Below are positions 27,630 through 39,982 of a DNA stretch of 64,000 nt, in pieces (the stretch's first letter is position 1; every line of letters starts with the position of its first letter). The translations under genes were made by a program, and so were the position numbers. The stretch comes from an uncultured Phycisphaerales bacterium (GTDB lineage Bacteria; Planctomycetota; Phycisphaerae; Tepidisphaerales; Tepidisphaeraceae), in the NCBI GenBank assembly GCA_963758525.1, contig CAVWVQ010000003.1:4224001-4288000 (forward strand). Reading direction: 5' to 3'. The notes beneath the pieces are model-generated. The model worked only from the letters and a program-made list of their open reading frames with translations. It was not told the origin of the DNA and searched no databases.

Positions 27630-29057
27630 GGGGCGGTGGCGCGACCGGAAGGGTGCGGGGCGCGGTTCGTGGCTGCGTGGTGAGCGGATAGACCGCATCC
27701 CGCTGATACCAGCGAAAGGTAAAGTGCAGCCCCACCGTGTCTGATCGAAAAGCGCCCCCATCGTCCTTTCCGTCATTTCCGACACTGTAGAGGATCGGCG
27801 GCTTTGCTCGCGGGAGATACCCGAAGGTCCTGCCATCCGCCCGCATCGGATCAGCGGGAAGGGTCGTCACATATTTGGGGATAAGCTCGGAAAGCTGGTC
27901 CGGCAAGCTGCCGTCGTGATCGAGCGCAAACAGCCGCAGCGCTACCACGATGGCTGTTGCGCGGCGGTCGGCGAGATAGCGAAACCGACCGTCATCGGCA
28001 TACGGATGGAAGCTGACGGCGCCGCTCGCATAAACCAGCCGCGCAGCTTGTTCGATTGGCGCTTGCGAGTCGTAGTCAATCATCGGCACCGTCAGCAGAA
28101 TCGCACGGCACGCCGGAACGTTCGGACAATTTAAAGCCCGGCCGTACGCGGTGTAGTAGGCCGTATGACGCATGAATTTCCGAGCGAACATCGGTTGCAG
28201 CGCCCACATGATCGCACGTGGCATCCGACCCGTGGCGCCGGGCAGCCACACCTCCGCCTGGCGCGGCAGCATGTCCAGCGAGAGCATTCGCTCTCCTTCC
28301 ATCGCGCAAACGCGCCCTGAATCAAAGTCGCTCTCGTCGAGCAGGTCGTTGAGATATGCCCGCAGATGCGCCGCGGCCGCTGGCTCCGAAGGCGAACCGA
28401 GACTGTTTGCCAGCGCCAGCGCTCGATTCAGGCCGGGGCCGTCGATCTCCATGGAGAGATCGAGGATTCGCAGAAAAGGCGCCTCGTTTTGCAGCGCGCG
28501 GGCCTCGGCACGGACGTCACGGAGCAGTTCAATCGCCTCGGTATCCCGTCCGAGCAGGAACTCCGCCGACGCGGAACTGACGAGTTGCTTGGCCAGCCCC
28601 TTGAGTCGGTCAGACTTGCCGTTCAACATTGGCTTGCCATAGGCGACGGGATGCACAAATCGCGTGCCCCAGTCCACGTCCTTCCTTTGCCGCGCGGATC
28701 GAACCAACTCTCTCACCGGCAGCGACGCCGCGACCACAGGCTCATCGTTCGACGTGTCAACGATCGGACAGGCATCGGCGGCCGCGAAGTAAGCCTCGGC
28801 GGCGTTGTCCGATGCGGGAACGGCGCCAACCGGATTAAACTCCTCGGGAAGAACCGGCTCGCGGCGAGACGCGCATCGGCGATGATCGCCTCGATTCGTC
28901 GCTGTGCGTCGAGGCTCCACCAGCAACGGATCGCCACGAGCACCGCGAAGACGCACACGCCGACAAGCACGCTCCGCTGGAGCCACCAATAACGTTTCGG
29001 ACGCGGCACCGCGTCTGGCTCAATGGAGACCACCGGCGTGGATGATTGGGTATCCAT
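27625..29057 (-). CDS. Membrane-anchored protein with C-terminal GspG/pseudopilin-like domain, paralog 1 (frameshift near 28865)
   Basis: N-terminal TM, EPVLPEEF...DNAA, C-terminal ALRLFALDHDGSLPDQLSELIPKY...PADPM...LYSVGNDGKDDGG. Confidence 0.75.
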
Positions 29058-29106
29058 GGGCACCGGCGATTGTAGCGTACGGTGCGCTGTGGAGAGTGAC
29101 TACCTC

Positions 29107-29985
29107 ATGAGCAACGCCATCCCCAGCAACACCTCCGGCATCGAGCGGGCGCAAGGCGAAGTGCTCTGCCCCGCATGTCAATATTCGCTGCGTGGCATCG
29201 AAAGCGATCGCTGCCCCGAATGCGGCACGCACATCGACCGCGCGTTGCTCTTCGCGGGACAAATCCCCTGGATCTACCGCGGTGTGATCGGATCGCTGCC
29301 GGCTTATTGGCGCACGGTCTGGCTCGTCGTCTGCAGCCCCGCCAAAGTCGCCAACGTCATTCATCGACCCGTGAGCTACCGCGACGCGCGGCTCTTTCAA
29401 CACGCCACCGTATTGCTGGCTTCCATTCCCGCGATGGCTTTTGTGAACTGCGGATTGTCGGAGACAGAACTGTTCCACGTGCGAGCTTTCTCCGCGCATC
29501 CTCTTGGATGGCTGCTCGAACTCGGCCTGCTGCCGGTCATATGTTTTGCGCTGTGGCTCTTCCTGCTGACCGCCACCGGCGCGCCAGCTTACTTCTTTCA
29601 TCCTCGGTCCATCCCCGTCGAACAGCAGAACCGCGCCATTGCCCTGAGCTATTATGCTTCCGCGCCGCTCGCGCTGACGCCGATTCTGGCCGCCTTGATC
29701 GGCTGCTTCATTTTTCTCAAAGCTCCTGCACACGCTCACGCCAAGACGCCGGCCGATGCATATGCCGTCGCGACCGTCGGCGCCCTGCTGCTCATCTTGA
29801 TCGTGATCTCTCTGTGGCGCGGTCCGCTGATATTCCTCGCCCGCACCACCAACTGCTCAGCGATCCGCCTGTGGGGATTGGCGCTGTATCTGCCGTGCAG
29901 TTGGGCGGTGCTCGCCTGTCTGATCCTCGGGGGGATTCCGGCGGCGTATGTGTTTGTCTCGATGTTTATTTTGAGCCTGCCGTAG
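29107..29985 (+). CDS. Zinc-ribbon multi-pass membrane protein, paralog 1
   Basis: LCPACQYSLRG...RCPECG, then IPW...AYWRTVW and several TM helices. Confidence 0.8.
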   Translation: MSNAIPSNTSGIERAQGEVLCPACQYSLRGIESDRCPECGTHIDRALLFAGQIPWIYRGVIGSLPAYWRTVWLVVCSPAKVANVIHRPVSYRDARLFQHATVLLASIPAMAFVNCGLSETELFHVRAFSAHPLGWLLELGLLPVICFALWLFLLTATGAPAYFFHPRSIPVEQQNRAIALSYYASAPLALTPILAALIGCFIFLKAPAHAHAKTPADAYAVATVGALLLILIVISLWRGPLIFLARTTNCSAIRLWGLALYLPCSWAVLACLILGGIPAAYVFVSMFILSLP

Positions 29986-30009
29986 CGGCAAATTTCAGAT
30001 ATTCCGTCG

Positions 30010-31461
30010 CTACTGAGCATTCTTCGTGGACGAGGAAGCGGGTTGAAGAGTGAGTCTGCACACAGCGTCGCGTTGCTGCCAGCGATAACCGGACAAAGCG
30101 CCGGGCGACACCGGTGCGGTCGATCCGCCGTCGTCGATGCCATCGAAGCCCACGCTATAGAGGATCGGGGGATTGACCTGCGGCAGATACCCAAACGGCT
30201 TCCCGTCGCCGCGCATCGGATCGGCCGGCACGACCGAAAGATAAGTTGGGGCGAGCTCTGAGAGCGTCGGAGGCAAATTGCCGTCATGGTCGAGCTGATA
30301 CATCCGCAGTGCCAGCATTGTCGCGCAGAGGCGGCGGTTGGCCGAATCTACGAATAGCGCCTGAAAAAACCGCACGCGATTCATCCGGGGTTTGTCGAGC
30401 CCGCGAGCCATGATCTCCAAACTGGAGCGCTCCCCGACAACGACGCTCGATGGGGCGGGAAGTGCCGCCAGGGCAGCTGGAAGATTTGCGCTCGTCTCGG
30501 CACGCAGAACCGGATCCACCTGCGAGACATCGGCCAGCGCAGTGCGCAGGAACATCGGTCGGAAAATTGCCGCCAGGCGTGGATCCAGACTGATGATGTG
30601 TCGCGCGTTGGCGACCTGGGTGTTTCGCGCCCGTCCGCGAGCTGCCACATCTTCACCGCCTGCAATCCGCGGACAAGGCTCTCGCGCTGATCACTCTCAT
30701 CCAAAAGCTCACCGATCAACGCTCGCATCTCCGATCCGAGCGGAGAATCGCTCGCGTGCGGGCCCGTGCGCGCAAGATCCGGCGCTATCAAATACGTTTG
30801 CTCCGCTGCAAATTCATCTATCGCTGTCGCCACCAACAACGGTAAGACTGAATCCGGTTGCGCCTCCATCGCTCCGGCGAGGTGACGAATATCTCGAAGC
30901 GTGGCGACCGCTTCCGTGTCATGCCCCAGCGAAAATTCTCCTCTTGCGGAGTAGGCCAGCACGACGGCCAACTGACGGAGGTGACTCAATTGAGCATAGC
31001 GGGGAGATGGCCATTGCCTTGGTGGCAGCGGATCGTATCGCTCACCCCAATCGACCAAACGCTGAGAACGGGCCGCGCGTGCGAGAGACCGGGCCGAAAC
31101 ATTGGTTGCGGCGATACTCTGCATTCCGCCGAGATCGTCGTCGTTTGCCGGCTCCACGAATTGGACGGCCGCCGCGGCGTTCGTCAGTGTCACAGCCGAG
31201 TTTTCCGACGAGGGGACGTCAGCCGTCGGCTGGAAATCCTCCGGCAGAATCGGCTCGCCCCGCGCGCTGCGCCGCTGCGATCAGCGAATTGACCTGACGG
31301 CGTGCGTCGAATCCCCACCACCATCGCAATCCCGCCAGCAGAGCGACCGCGGCTGCTCCCGCCAGAACCCCACGTTTGAGCCAGCGGTATCGCGGCGGCG
31401 TTTCGCCAATCGACGAGCTAGTGGCGCGGATAGGGGGCCAAAGGCGCATGTGGTTGAGCAT
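30010..31461 (-). CDS. GspG/pseudopilin-like membrane-anchored protein, paralog 2 (frameshifts near 31255 and 30650)
   Basis: RYRWLKRG+TM, EPILPEDF, ALRMYQLDHDGNLPPTLSELAPTY...PADPM...LYSVGFDGIDDGG. Confidence 0.72.
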
Positions 31462-31537
31462 TGTACGCCAACGCCAACAATCCCCACCTTCGCCGCTTGC
31501 GCCTTCGCCTCCACGCGGCTGAGCTGAGAGCGATTGC

Positions 31538-31654
31538 TCCCTCTCCCGGTACGCCGGGAGAGGGCGGGGGTGAGGGTGATTTTGAACGTCTGGCGCCGCT
31601 GGTCTCGAAATCCCCTCACCCCAATCCTCTCCCGGCGTACCGGGAGAGGGGGTG
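31538..31654. repeat. CCCTCTCCC...GGGAGAGGG / GGGTGAGGG palindromic doublet
   Basis: Related copies at 34031-34145 and partial at 54989-55021. Confidence 0.85.
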
Positions 31655-31799
31655 ATGAAACAAGCTCCAAACGCGCGAGCGTCCGCGCCGATAGGGCGGC
31701 GCCGACGGAGGCCGCGCGGCACGCGAAGCCGCGAGCGGCTGTCCCCGCGCGGCTGTCTCTCTTCGCTGCATCACCTCCCCGGCGGTAAGCTGCGTTGCG

Positions 31800-32669
31800 A
31801 TGCGTGACGTTCCACCAAACGGGATGCCGGGCGCGGCGGCAACCGACGATCTGCACTGCCTTGCCTGCGGATATTCTCTTCGCGGCATCGACAGCGAGCG
31901 CTGCCCGGAATGCGGCGCTGCCATCGATCGCGAGGCGCTCGCCGTGCCCCAAATTCCCTGGGCAAATCGAAAGGCAACCGGCTCCTTCCGCGCTTACTGG
32001 CGAACCGTCTGGCTCGTCCTCTGGCGACCCGCCCGGGCAGCCGCGGACGTCAATCGATCCGTAAGCTATCAAGACGCGCGACGCTTTCAGCACATCACCG
32101 TCATGCTTGCGTTCATACCCCTGGCATGCTCCGCGATCTGGGGAGCCTGGGACACAGAACTCTTTCACGTGCATGGCTTCTCAAACGGGCCGCTCGGTTG
32201 GACTTTGGAGCTGGGCGTGATCCCTGTCGGCTTGATGTCCATGTGGTTGTTCCTCTTCGCCGCGACCGGCGCACCCAGCTATTTCTTTCATCCGCGATCG
32301 CTGCCTCCGGAACGGCAGAATCGCGCCATCGCGTTGAGCTATTATGCATCTGCCCCGCTCGCGTTGACGCCGATCTTGATCGCCTTCGCTGCGTGCATCG
32401 GTGCCCTCTACGGGACCACATTCAGAAGCGGATTTCTGGACGAGGGAGTGTTGATCGCGCTGGTGCAGGCGCTGTTCATTCTGATGGTATTTTCCCTCTG
32501 GCGCGCACCGTTGACGTTTCTTTCCCGCTGCACCGGCTGCTCGAGGTCGCGCCTCTGGGCGTTTGCGTTGTATCTGCCGATCAGTTGGACGCTGCTCGGC
32601 GCATTCTTCCTCGCCGGCATTCCCGCCGCATACGTGTTTGTCTCAGTCGTCATATTGAGCCTGCGGTGA
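31800..32669 (+). CDS. Zinc-ribbon multi-pass membrane protein, paralog 2
   Basis: LHCLACGYSLRG...RCPECG; shares TGAP.YFFHPRS...QNRAIALSYYASAPLALTPIL with paralog 1. Confidence 0.82.
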   Translation: MRDVPPNGMPGAAATDDLHCLACGYSLRGIDSERCPECGAAIDREALAVPQIPWANRKATGSFRAYWRTVWLVLWRPARAAADVNRSVSYQDARRFQHITVMLAFIPLACSAIWGAWDTELFHVHGFSNGPLGWTLELGVIPVGLMSMWLFLFAATGAPSYFFHPRSLPPERQNRAIALSYYASAPLALTPILIAFAACIGALYGTTFRSGFLDEGVLIALVQALFILMVFSLWRAPLTFLSRCTGCSRSRLWAFALYLPISWTLLGAFFLAGIPAAYVFVSVVILSLR

Positions 32670-32681
32670 TGGCATCTGCGA

Positions 32682-33941
32682 TCAGTTCACCATCAGATCA
32701 GCCGGATCGCGCAGCAGCGCGCCCACCCTGGTAAGCCCTTCAAATATCCGCATGTTCATGGCGTTCTCGACCGCCTGGCCCGAAAAGATTCTCGCCAATC
32801 GTTTTTGAATGCGCTTTCCCGCGCGAGCGCCGATGGGGTTGTCTTTATATTTTTGGCCGGCGCGATAGAGGTTGAAGAGCCGGCCGTCGTACCAACTGTC
32901 GATGACCGGCTGCCACAGGCGCATCTCGCGTCGCAAGCCCTGCTCGTATTGACGCATCGACCGCGCGGAGTCGGCTTCGATTGCACCGGCGAGATCGAAC
33001 GCGCTGCGCATCCCAAGATACAGACCGGTGGAAAAAACCGGATCGATGAAACCGGCGGCGTCGCCGATCAAAGCCCAGCCGGGACCGGTCATCCGGCGGG
33101 AGATGATCTGATAGTTGCTGTACCGCACCACCGGCGTAAGCCGGATTGCTCCTTCGCTGTACCGCTTCAGGGACGGCTCGTCGCGCAGAAAGTTGTCATA
33201 TTGTTGCTCGATGGTCTGCCCGTAAGCACAGAGGTGCTCCGGCTTGATGACGATGCCCAGCGACACTCTGCCGGGAAGCGGAATTCGCCATCCCCACCCT
33301 TTGCTGAGATAGTCGACGTGGATGTGACCCGGGTCGCTGAGCACGGTTCGGTCCAGGTGGGCGAACAGCGCCACGTCGTCGCGCCCGCCGCGATCTGCCG
33401 GCAGCTCGAGCAGTCGGGCGATCGCCCGCGATCGCCCCGAAGCATCGACGATCAGATCCGGAGCGTCGGCAAAGAATCCGTTCGTTTCGCAAGACGTGTT
33501 CGTCGAAAGGCGAACCGTATTCGGAATGTCCCCTTTTTGCAGCCGGGCGGTGACGTTGAACACGCTCACACCCGCTTCGCGGGCGGCGTTGAGTATCGCG
33601 GCGTCGAACAGATCGCGCGGCGTGTTGTACGAGTAGTCAGGCAACCGCCCCTGGGCTGCCCGGAAGAAGGAGGGAATCACCTCCGCCTCCCGCAGGCAAA
33701 CCGTCGCCCCCGGCTTGAAGACGCTGAATGACTTCACCTTCTCTTCCACGCCCAGCGTGCGGAGCATCGGCACCACCGCCGGCAGCAGCGACTCGCCGAC
33801 AATCAACGGCGGACGCTTATCACTGTGGAAGAGGCCGACCTTGTGCCCCTTCTTCGCGAGCAATGCGCCCAGCGTCGCGCCGGCCGGACCGCCGCCAAGA
33901 ATCGCGATGCTGCGGATTGCGTTTGTCGACACCGTCATCAT
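32682..33941 (-). CDS. Flavin-dependent halogenase-like FAD oxidoreductase
   Basis: ILGGGPAG, VGESLLP, FKPGA lysine, WGWRIP (WxWxIP), GDAAGFIDPVFSTG. Confidence 0.85.
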   Translation of the reverse strand: MMTVSTNAIRSIAILGGGPAGATLGALLAKKGHKVGLFHSDKRPPLIVGESLLPAVVPMLRTLGVEEKVKSFSVFKPGATVCLREAEVIPSFFRAAQGRLPDYSYNTPRDLFDAAILNAAREAGVSVFNVTARLQKGDIPNTVRLSTNTSCETNGFFADAPDLIVDASGRSRAIARLLELPADRGGRDDVALFAHLDRTVLSDPGHIHVDYLSKGWGWRIPLPGRVSLGIVIKPEHLCAYGQTIEQQYDNFLRDEPSLKRYSEGAIRLTPVVRYSNYQIISRRMTGPGWALIGDAAGFIDPVFSTGLYLGMRSAFDLAGAIEADSARSMRQYEQGLRREMRLWQPVIDSWYDGRLFNLYRAGQKYKDNPIGARAGKRIQKRLARIFSGQAVENAMNMRIFEGLTRVGALLRDPADLMVN

Positions 33942-34030
33942 CGTACCGCGCAGTGACCTCAGGCGTCATGCCGCCGCGCCACGTGTCGCCGCCTCGGAGG
34001 GCAATCGCATGTGGACAAAACCGGCTCTGG

Positions 34031-34145
34031 TCCCCTCTCCCGGTACTCCGGGAGAGGGTGAGGGTGAGGGTGATTTCGAGCACCAATGGCACTGGACATT
34101 TCAAATCACCCTCACCAACCCTCTCCCGGCGTACCGGGAGAGGGA
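34031..34145. repeat. CCCTCTCCC palindromic doublet, second copy
   Basis: CCCTCTCCCGGTACTCCGGGAGAGGG ... CCCTCTCCCGGCGTACCGGGAGAGGG. Confidence 0.85.
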
Positions 34146-34253
34146 GCAGAAGCCACACGCAATCGCCCTGCGCCGCCCCGCGTTTGCTGCTTGCGGGCGC
34201 GAGAATTTCCGGGGAGCGTCTTCTTGCCTCCTCCCCTCCTCCGAGCAAGCCAT

Positions 34254-35683
34254 TCACGCGAGCACTGATCGAATCACATTTCCATACACGTCGGTCAGGC
34301 GAAAATCCCGCCCGGCAATCCGATAGGTCAGTCGTTCATGATTCAGGCCCAGAACGTGCAGAATGGTCGCCTGGATGTCGTATACGTGAACCGGGTTTTC
34401 AACGATGTTAAAGCCAAGCTCGTCCGTCGCGCCAAATGAAAAGCCTGATTTGATCCCGCCGCCGGCGAGCCACATGGTGAAGGCGTTTGGGTGGTGGTCG
34501 CGACCGAGGCTTCTTCCCATGGACGGATTGGATTCGACCATCGGCGTCCGCCCGAACTCGCCGCCCCAGATCACCAGCGTTTCATCGAGCAGGCCGCGCT
34601 GCTTGAGGTCCTTCACCAGCGCGGCCGCCCCCTGGTCGGTCGCCTGGCAATTTTTGGTGTGATTGCCCAGGACGTCGGAATGCGCGTCCCATCCCTCGTG
34701 ATAGATGTTCACGAAGCGCACGCCGCGCTCCACCATTCGCCGCGCCAGCAGGCACGCGCGGGCAAACGAGGGCTTGGCGGGATCGCATCCGTACAGATCG
34801 AGCGTGGACTTGCTCTCGGTCTTGAGGTCCATCAACTCCGGCGCGGATGTCTGCAGGCGATACGCCATCTCATAGGATGACAGCCGCGTGGCGATTTCCG
34901 GATCGCCTTCCGATGCCAGCCGCTTCTTGTTCAGCGTATCAATCAGATCCAGCGAATCGCGCTGCAGCCGTGCATCGACGCCCCGAGGGCTGGCAACGTC
35001 GAGAATCGCGTCTCCCGCGTTGCGAAAGCGCACGCCGGCGTAGAGCGTCGGCAAAAATCCGCTCGACCAGTTGGCTGATCCCCCGCTGATTCCCGCGCCG
35101 GTCGACATCACCACAAATGCCGGCAAATTGCTCGATTCGCTCCCCAGCCCGTAGGTGACCCACGAACCGATGCTGGGCCGGCCCGGCTGCGAAAAGCCGG
35201 TGTTGAGCAGAATCTGCGCCGGAGCGTGGTTGAACTGATCGGTGTGCACGGATTTGATCAAGCACACGTCGTCGGCAACGCTTCCAAGATGCGGGAGCAC
35301 TTCCGCCAGTTCCGCGCCACATTGTCCATGGCGTGAAAACTTGAAACGCGGGGCCAGCGCCGCGGCATCCGATCGGATAAACGCGTACCGCTGGCCGCCA
35401 ATGATCTCCGGCGGAATCGGACGCCCCTCGTACTTCACCAGCGCCGGCTTGTAGTCGAACAGATCGAGATGGCTCGTGCGCCGGCCATGAACAGATGAAT
35501 CACGCGCTTTGCCGTGGGGGCAAAGTGAGGCTGCTTCACCGCCAGCGGGTCGACCCGCGTGGATGCGCCTTTGGCAAATGCTTCGGTGAGAAGCGACGCC
35601 AGCGCGATCTTGCCGACGCCGATGCCGCACTGACTGAAGAAATGCCGCCGCGTTACCGCCAGCGGATCGATCGGTTTATTCAT
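34254..35683 (-). CDS. DUF1501 sulfatase-like protein with Tat-like RR leader (frameshift near 35480)
   Basis: TRRHFF, SHLDLFDYKP, NHAPAQ, GRPSIGSWVTYGLGSE, LARRMVERGVRF, WGGEFGRTP, GRDHH. Confidence 0.9.
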
Positions 35684-35720
35684 AGCTTCCGTCCTCGTGC
35701 ATCGTTCCTGTCGAACCCAA

Positions 35721-35976
35721 GTAGGGCGGATTTCATCCCGCCGTTCTCTGCGATACCTCAAGCTCCCCAAATCCCGGCGGGATCAATCCCGCCTACGAAA
35801 GACCCCTCAAGTAGGGCGGGATTCATCCCGCCGTTCTCTGCGATACCTCAAGCTCCCCAAATCCCGGCGGGATCAATCCCGCCTACGAAAAACCCCTCAA
35901 GTAGGGCGGGATTCATCCCGCCGTTCTCTGCGGTACCTCAAGCTCCCAAATCCCGGCGGGATCAATCCCGCCCTAC
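35721..35976. repeat. Tandem array of three about-90-bp REP doublets (BIME-like)
   Basis: GTAG starts at 35721, 35811, 35901 with near-identical linkers. Confidence 0.92.
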
Positions 35977-35986
35977 AAAAACTCGA

Positions 35987-38900
35987 TCAATTTCGCGTGA
36001 TCGTTTCGTCGAGATTCAGCATCGCGCGGGCCGTCGCGATCCATGACGCCTGGCGGGCAGCCTCCGCGCTCTTGTCGCCCGCCAGCGGCTCGGGGTCCAA
36101 TTCTCGCGATTCGAACCGCTGTTCCTGCGCCGCGTGAAAACTCAGCACCACCGCCCGCTCGTCGTCGGTGGGCATGCGGGACAGACATCGGCGGAAGAGG
36201 AACGTCACCCTTGCCGCGTCATCCCCGCCCTGTGCCGCGGCGAGTTTGCCCAGTGCCCGGCCGGCATCGACAAACACCTCGTCATTGAGCAGTGTCAGCG
36301 CCTGCAGCGGGGAGTTGGACACATCCCGGCGGGCGATGCATGCCTCGCCGCTGGGCGCGTCAAACGCCGTGAACATCGCATAGGGTGTTGTGCGCTTCAT
36401 GAACGTGTAAAGACCACGACGATAGCGGTCTTCGCCGGTGCTGACTTTCCATTCAAATGGCACGTACGCGCCATCGGTGGTAACAGACGCCGGCTGCGGC
36501 GGAAAAACGCTCGGTCCGCCGATTTTTCCTGAGAGAAGACCGCTGACGCTCAGCGCATAGTCCCGCACCAGCTCGGCCTCGAGACGCAAGCGCGGCGCGC
36601 GCGCCAGCAATCGATTCTGCGGGTCGCGCTCCAGCAATTCCGGCGAGACGCGCGATGATTGCTGATACGTCGCGCTCGTGACGATCAGCCGGTCGAGCTT
36701 CTTGAACGACCATCCCTCCTTCATGAATTCCACCGCCAGCCAGTCGAGCAGTTCCGGATGGCTCGGACTCTCTCCCTGGTAGCCGAAGTCCGCCAGCGTC
36801 GTGACGATCCCCTTGCCGAAGAACGCGGCCCATTGCCGATTGACGGTCACGCGCACCGTCAGCGGATTTGCCGGATCGACGAGCCAGCGCGCGAAGCTCA
36901 GGCGGTCGTGCGGCGCGCCCGGTGGCAGGGGCGGCAGGATCGACAGCACGTTCGCCGATACCAGATCCGTCGGCTGCAGATATTCGCCGCGGTGATGAAC
37001 GTGCGTGGGGCGCAGCTCACTTGCCGGTCGCTCTTTCAGCACCAGAGTGGTTGGGTCCTTGGGCAGGCTGTTGTGAAGAGCCGCGATCTGGGCGTGTTGC
37101 GCGGCGAGCTCAGGCGCGACCGAGAGAAAATGCGCCATCAACTGATCCCGCTGCTCGGCCGATCGATCGGCCGCGGGATGTGTCAGAATGGCTTCGATAT
37201 CCGTCGGAACGGTGGGGGCCTCCAGCACGCGCGGATCCGAGGTCACCGAAATGCGGAAGCGCCCAGCGGCGCTGAGAAATATCTCTCGAAGATCATGCTG
37301 AGCGACAAGTCGCCCGCGTTTTCCAGTGGCTTGGCCAAGGTGAACAGCGCGGTCTGCGCCCGGCCCTGGCCGCCGCCGATCGCCCAGCCGCTCAGCGGAT
37401 CAGCGTCTATTGCCCCCGTCGCGGGGCTGCCTTTCTCGGCGTAGGTCTGCACCGCGCCACCCATCGCCACCGGTTGGCCCGAAGCGGTTACGGTCATCGC
37501 GGACAGAAAGAAGCTCCCAAAGGGCCCTTCATAATAAATCCGGCCCGGCCCGTGATTTGGCAGACTGTCGTCCGGCAACGCTTCGAGTCGAAGCGCCGTG
37601 ATATTCCTCAAGTCGGTCGCATACTTCAGGTCGTACACATCACGTTTAGTCTGGTCGCCGCTGGCGAGCACTGAATTGTCGTCCAGCAGATGAAGTGTCG
37701 CGGCGTTCGCCTTGAACTGCGTCGGCTTCAGAATCGTCCACTTCACCGCTCGCGCAGTCTCTTTCGCGAGCCAGGCGTTGTAGCTTTTCTCCAACGCGTC
37801 ATGCCGTCGCTCCGCCAGCGGCCGATCATCGCGGTTGGCCGGAAGCTGCCCCAGGCTGACGCGGAATCGTCCCAGCAGATGCGATTTGCCGAAATCCTGC
37901 TCGAATCGAATCGTCCACCGCGCTCCGGCGGATCCTGCTGGCTTCGCAAGACGGAATAGGGCGGCCTGCTTCCCCGGCCCACCCTTGCCGTCGATCGCCC
38001 AGCCGGTCTGCGGATCGTCATCGATCGCGCCGGCGACTGGGTAACCCTGCTGGGAGAAATCCGCCTGTGCATCGGCGATTGTCAGACTTTTCTCGGGCGA
38101 CTCGTCCGTGCCCGATTCCGCGATCGAGACGGAGATTTTCGAGAGCACAAAGTTGCCGTCGTCAGCCCGGCCCGGCCCCTTATGCGGCAGGGACGGATCA
38201 TGCAGCACCTCCAGGCGCAGCGCCCCCACAGCGGTCAAATCTGAATTGAGGACCAGCGTATACGTGTCCCGCTCCGAGGGCTTCCCGCCGAAGAGGATGG
38301 AGCCATCGGGCAGCACCTTTGCGGTGGCGCCGCCGGCCGATGTCACGCGGATCGGCGCGGGGGTCGTCCACGTCAGTTGTTCGCCCGGCACGGGAAACTG
38401 ATTTGCAAGATCCGCGGTCTTTGCGGCAATCTGCGCTTCGATCGCTTTTCGCCTGGAGTCAATGTCGGCTTGCGCGACATCAATGGTCGGCTCGTCGCAG
38501 TTGTTGAAGAACGCGACCACCTGGTAATACTCGCTCTGCTTGATCGGATCGAACTTGTGCGTGTGGCACTGCGCAGCCGAGCGTCAGACCCAGCCAGGTT
38601 GTGGCCGTCACGTTGGTGCGGTCGATGACCGCCTTCCAGCGAAACTCCAGCGGGTCGATGCCTCCTTCCTCGTTGAGCATTGAGTTGCGGTGAAACCCCG
38701 TGGCAATGCGCTGGTCGGCGGTTGCGTGGGGAAGCATGTCGCCGGCCAATTGCTCGACCGTGAACTCATCGAACGGCATGTCCGCATTAAGCGCGCGAAT
38801 CACCCAGTCGCGGTAGGGCCAGATCGACCGCTCGCGATCCTTTTCGTAGCCGTTGGAATCCGCATAGCGCGCCAGATCGAGCCAGCGCCGCGCCCACCGC

Positions 38901-39571
38901 TCCCCATAGCGGGGGCTGGCCAGCAGCCGGGCCACCACTTTTTCATACGCGTCCGGCGATGCATCGGCGATAAACGCGTCCACCTCCTCCGGCGACGGGG
39001 GAAGGCCGATGAGATCGAGCGAGACGCGACGAATCAGATTCGCCCGATCCGTGGCAGCCGACGGATGCAAGCCCGACGCTTCGAGCTTCGCAAGAATGAA
39101 CCGATCGATCGGATTCCTCGCCCAGCCCGCCTGCTTCACCTCCGGCAGCGGCGCCTGCACCGGCGGCACAAACGCCCAATGCTGCTTGTAGAACGCACCA
39201 CCCGCAATCCAGCTTTTCAGTGTTTGCTTCTCCGCCTCGGTCAGCGGGTTCTTCGTTCCCGGCGGCGGCATCACCTCGTCCTGGTCATTCGAGAAGATGC
39301 GCTTCAGCAGCGTCCCGCGCTCCGTGTTGCCGGGAACGATCGCAAACTCGCCGGACTCGACTTTCGCCAAAGCCGTGTCGCGCATGTCCAGCCGCAGTTT
39401 CCCTTTGCGCGCCGCGTCGTCAGGACCATGACACTTCAGGCAATGATGCGCGATGATCGGCCGAACATCGTTCGTGAAATCCGGAGAATCCGCCATCGCG
39501 CGTGCGGTGCATGACACGAAACCCGCCAGGGCTGCCCAGAGAATAAGAACTTTGTTCGCTCGCATACGCAT
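35987..39571 (-). CDS. PSD1/planctomycete cytochrome c protein (DUF1549/DUF1553); frameshifts near 38570 and 37255
   Basis: [57 protein letters not shown] across the shift, [20 protein letters not shown]. Confidence 0.9.
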
Positions 39572-39982
39572 AGCTTGCTTGATTGTAATACCCGGCGGCA
39601 AACATTCTGTTCGGTCGGATTCCGCGTCTTCCACTGCGACCGGATTGCGATTCGTCGTCAATCCACGTCGATTGTGACGCTCTCAAAGCCAACGGATTGC
39701 TATCCGTTGGGAATTGATCAAACGAATCCGCTTTTACCGCCAGTTCGGCCTGCGCGCCGGGCGCCTTCTTATCCTCATGCGACATCGCGCGACAGATTTT
39801 GCAGCGCCGCATGTCGCATCCGCCACTCAACTGCTTGCCCTGCCGCGGGATGCTCTCCAGTCTGGCGCGACACCGCGCCAACAGTTGCGCGCCGTTTGCT
39901 GAAAACGGGGTATCCCGCGCACTCGTCGTCCACCGTGCAACTCCTTCGCCGCTCTCCAGCCGCGCCAGCCCAAAAGAGTGAT

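Noticed and set aside
35721..35976. Possible CRISPR array
   Set aside because: The linkers are near-identical rather than unique spacers, the repeats alternate in orientation, and no cas genes are present.
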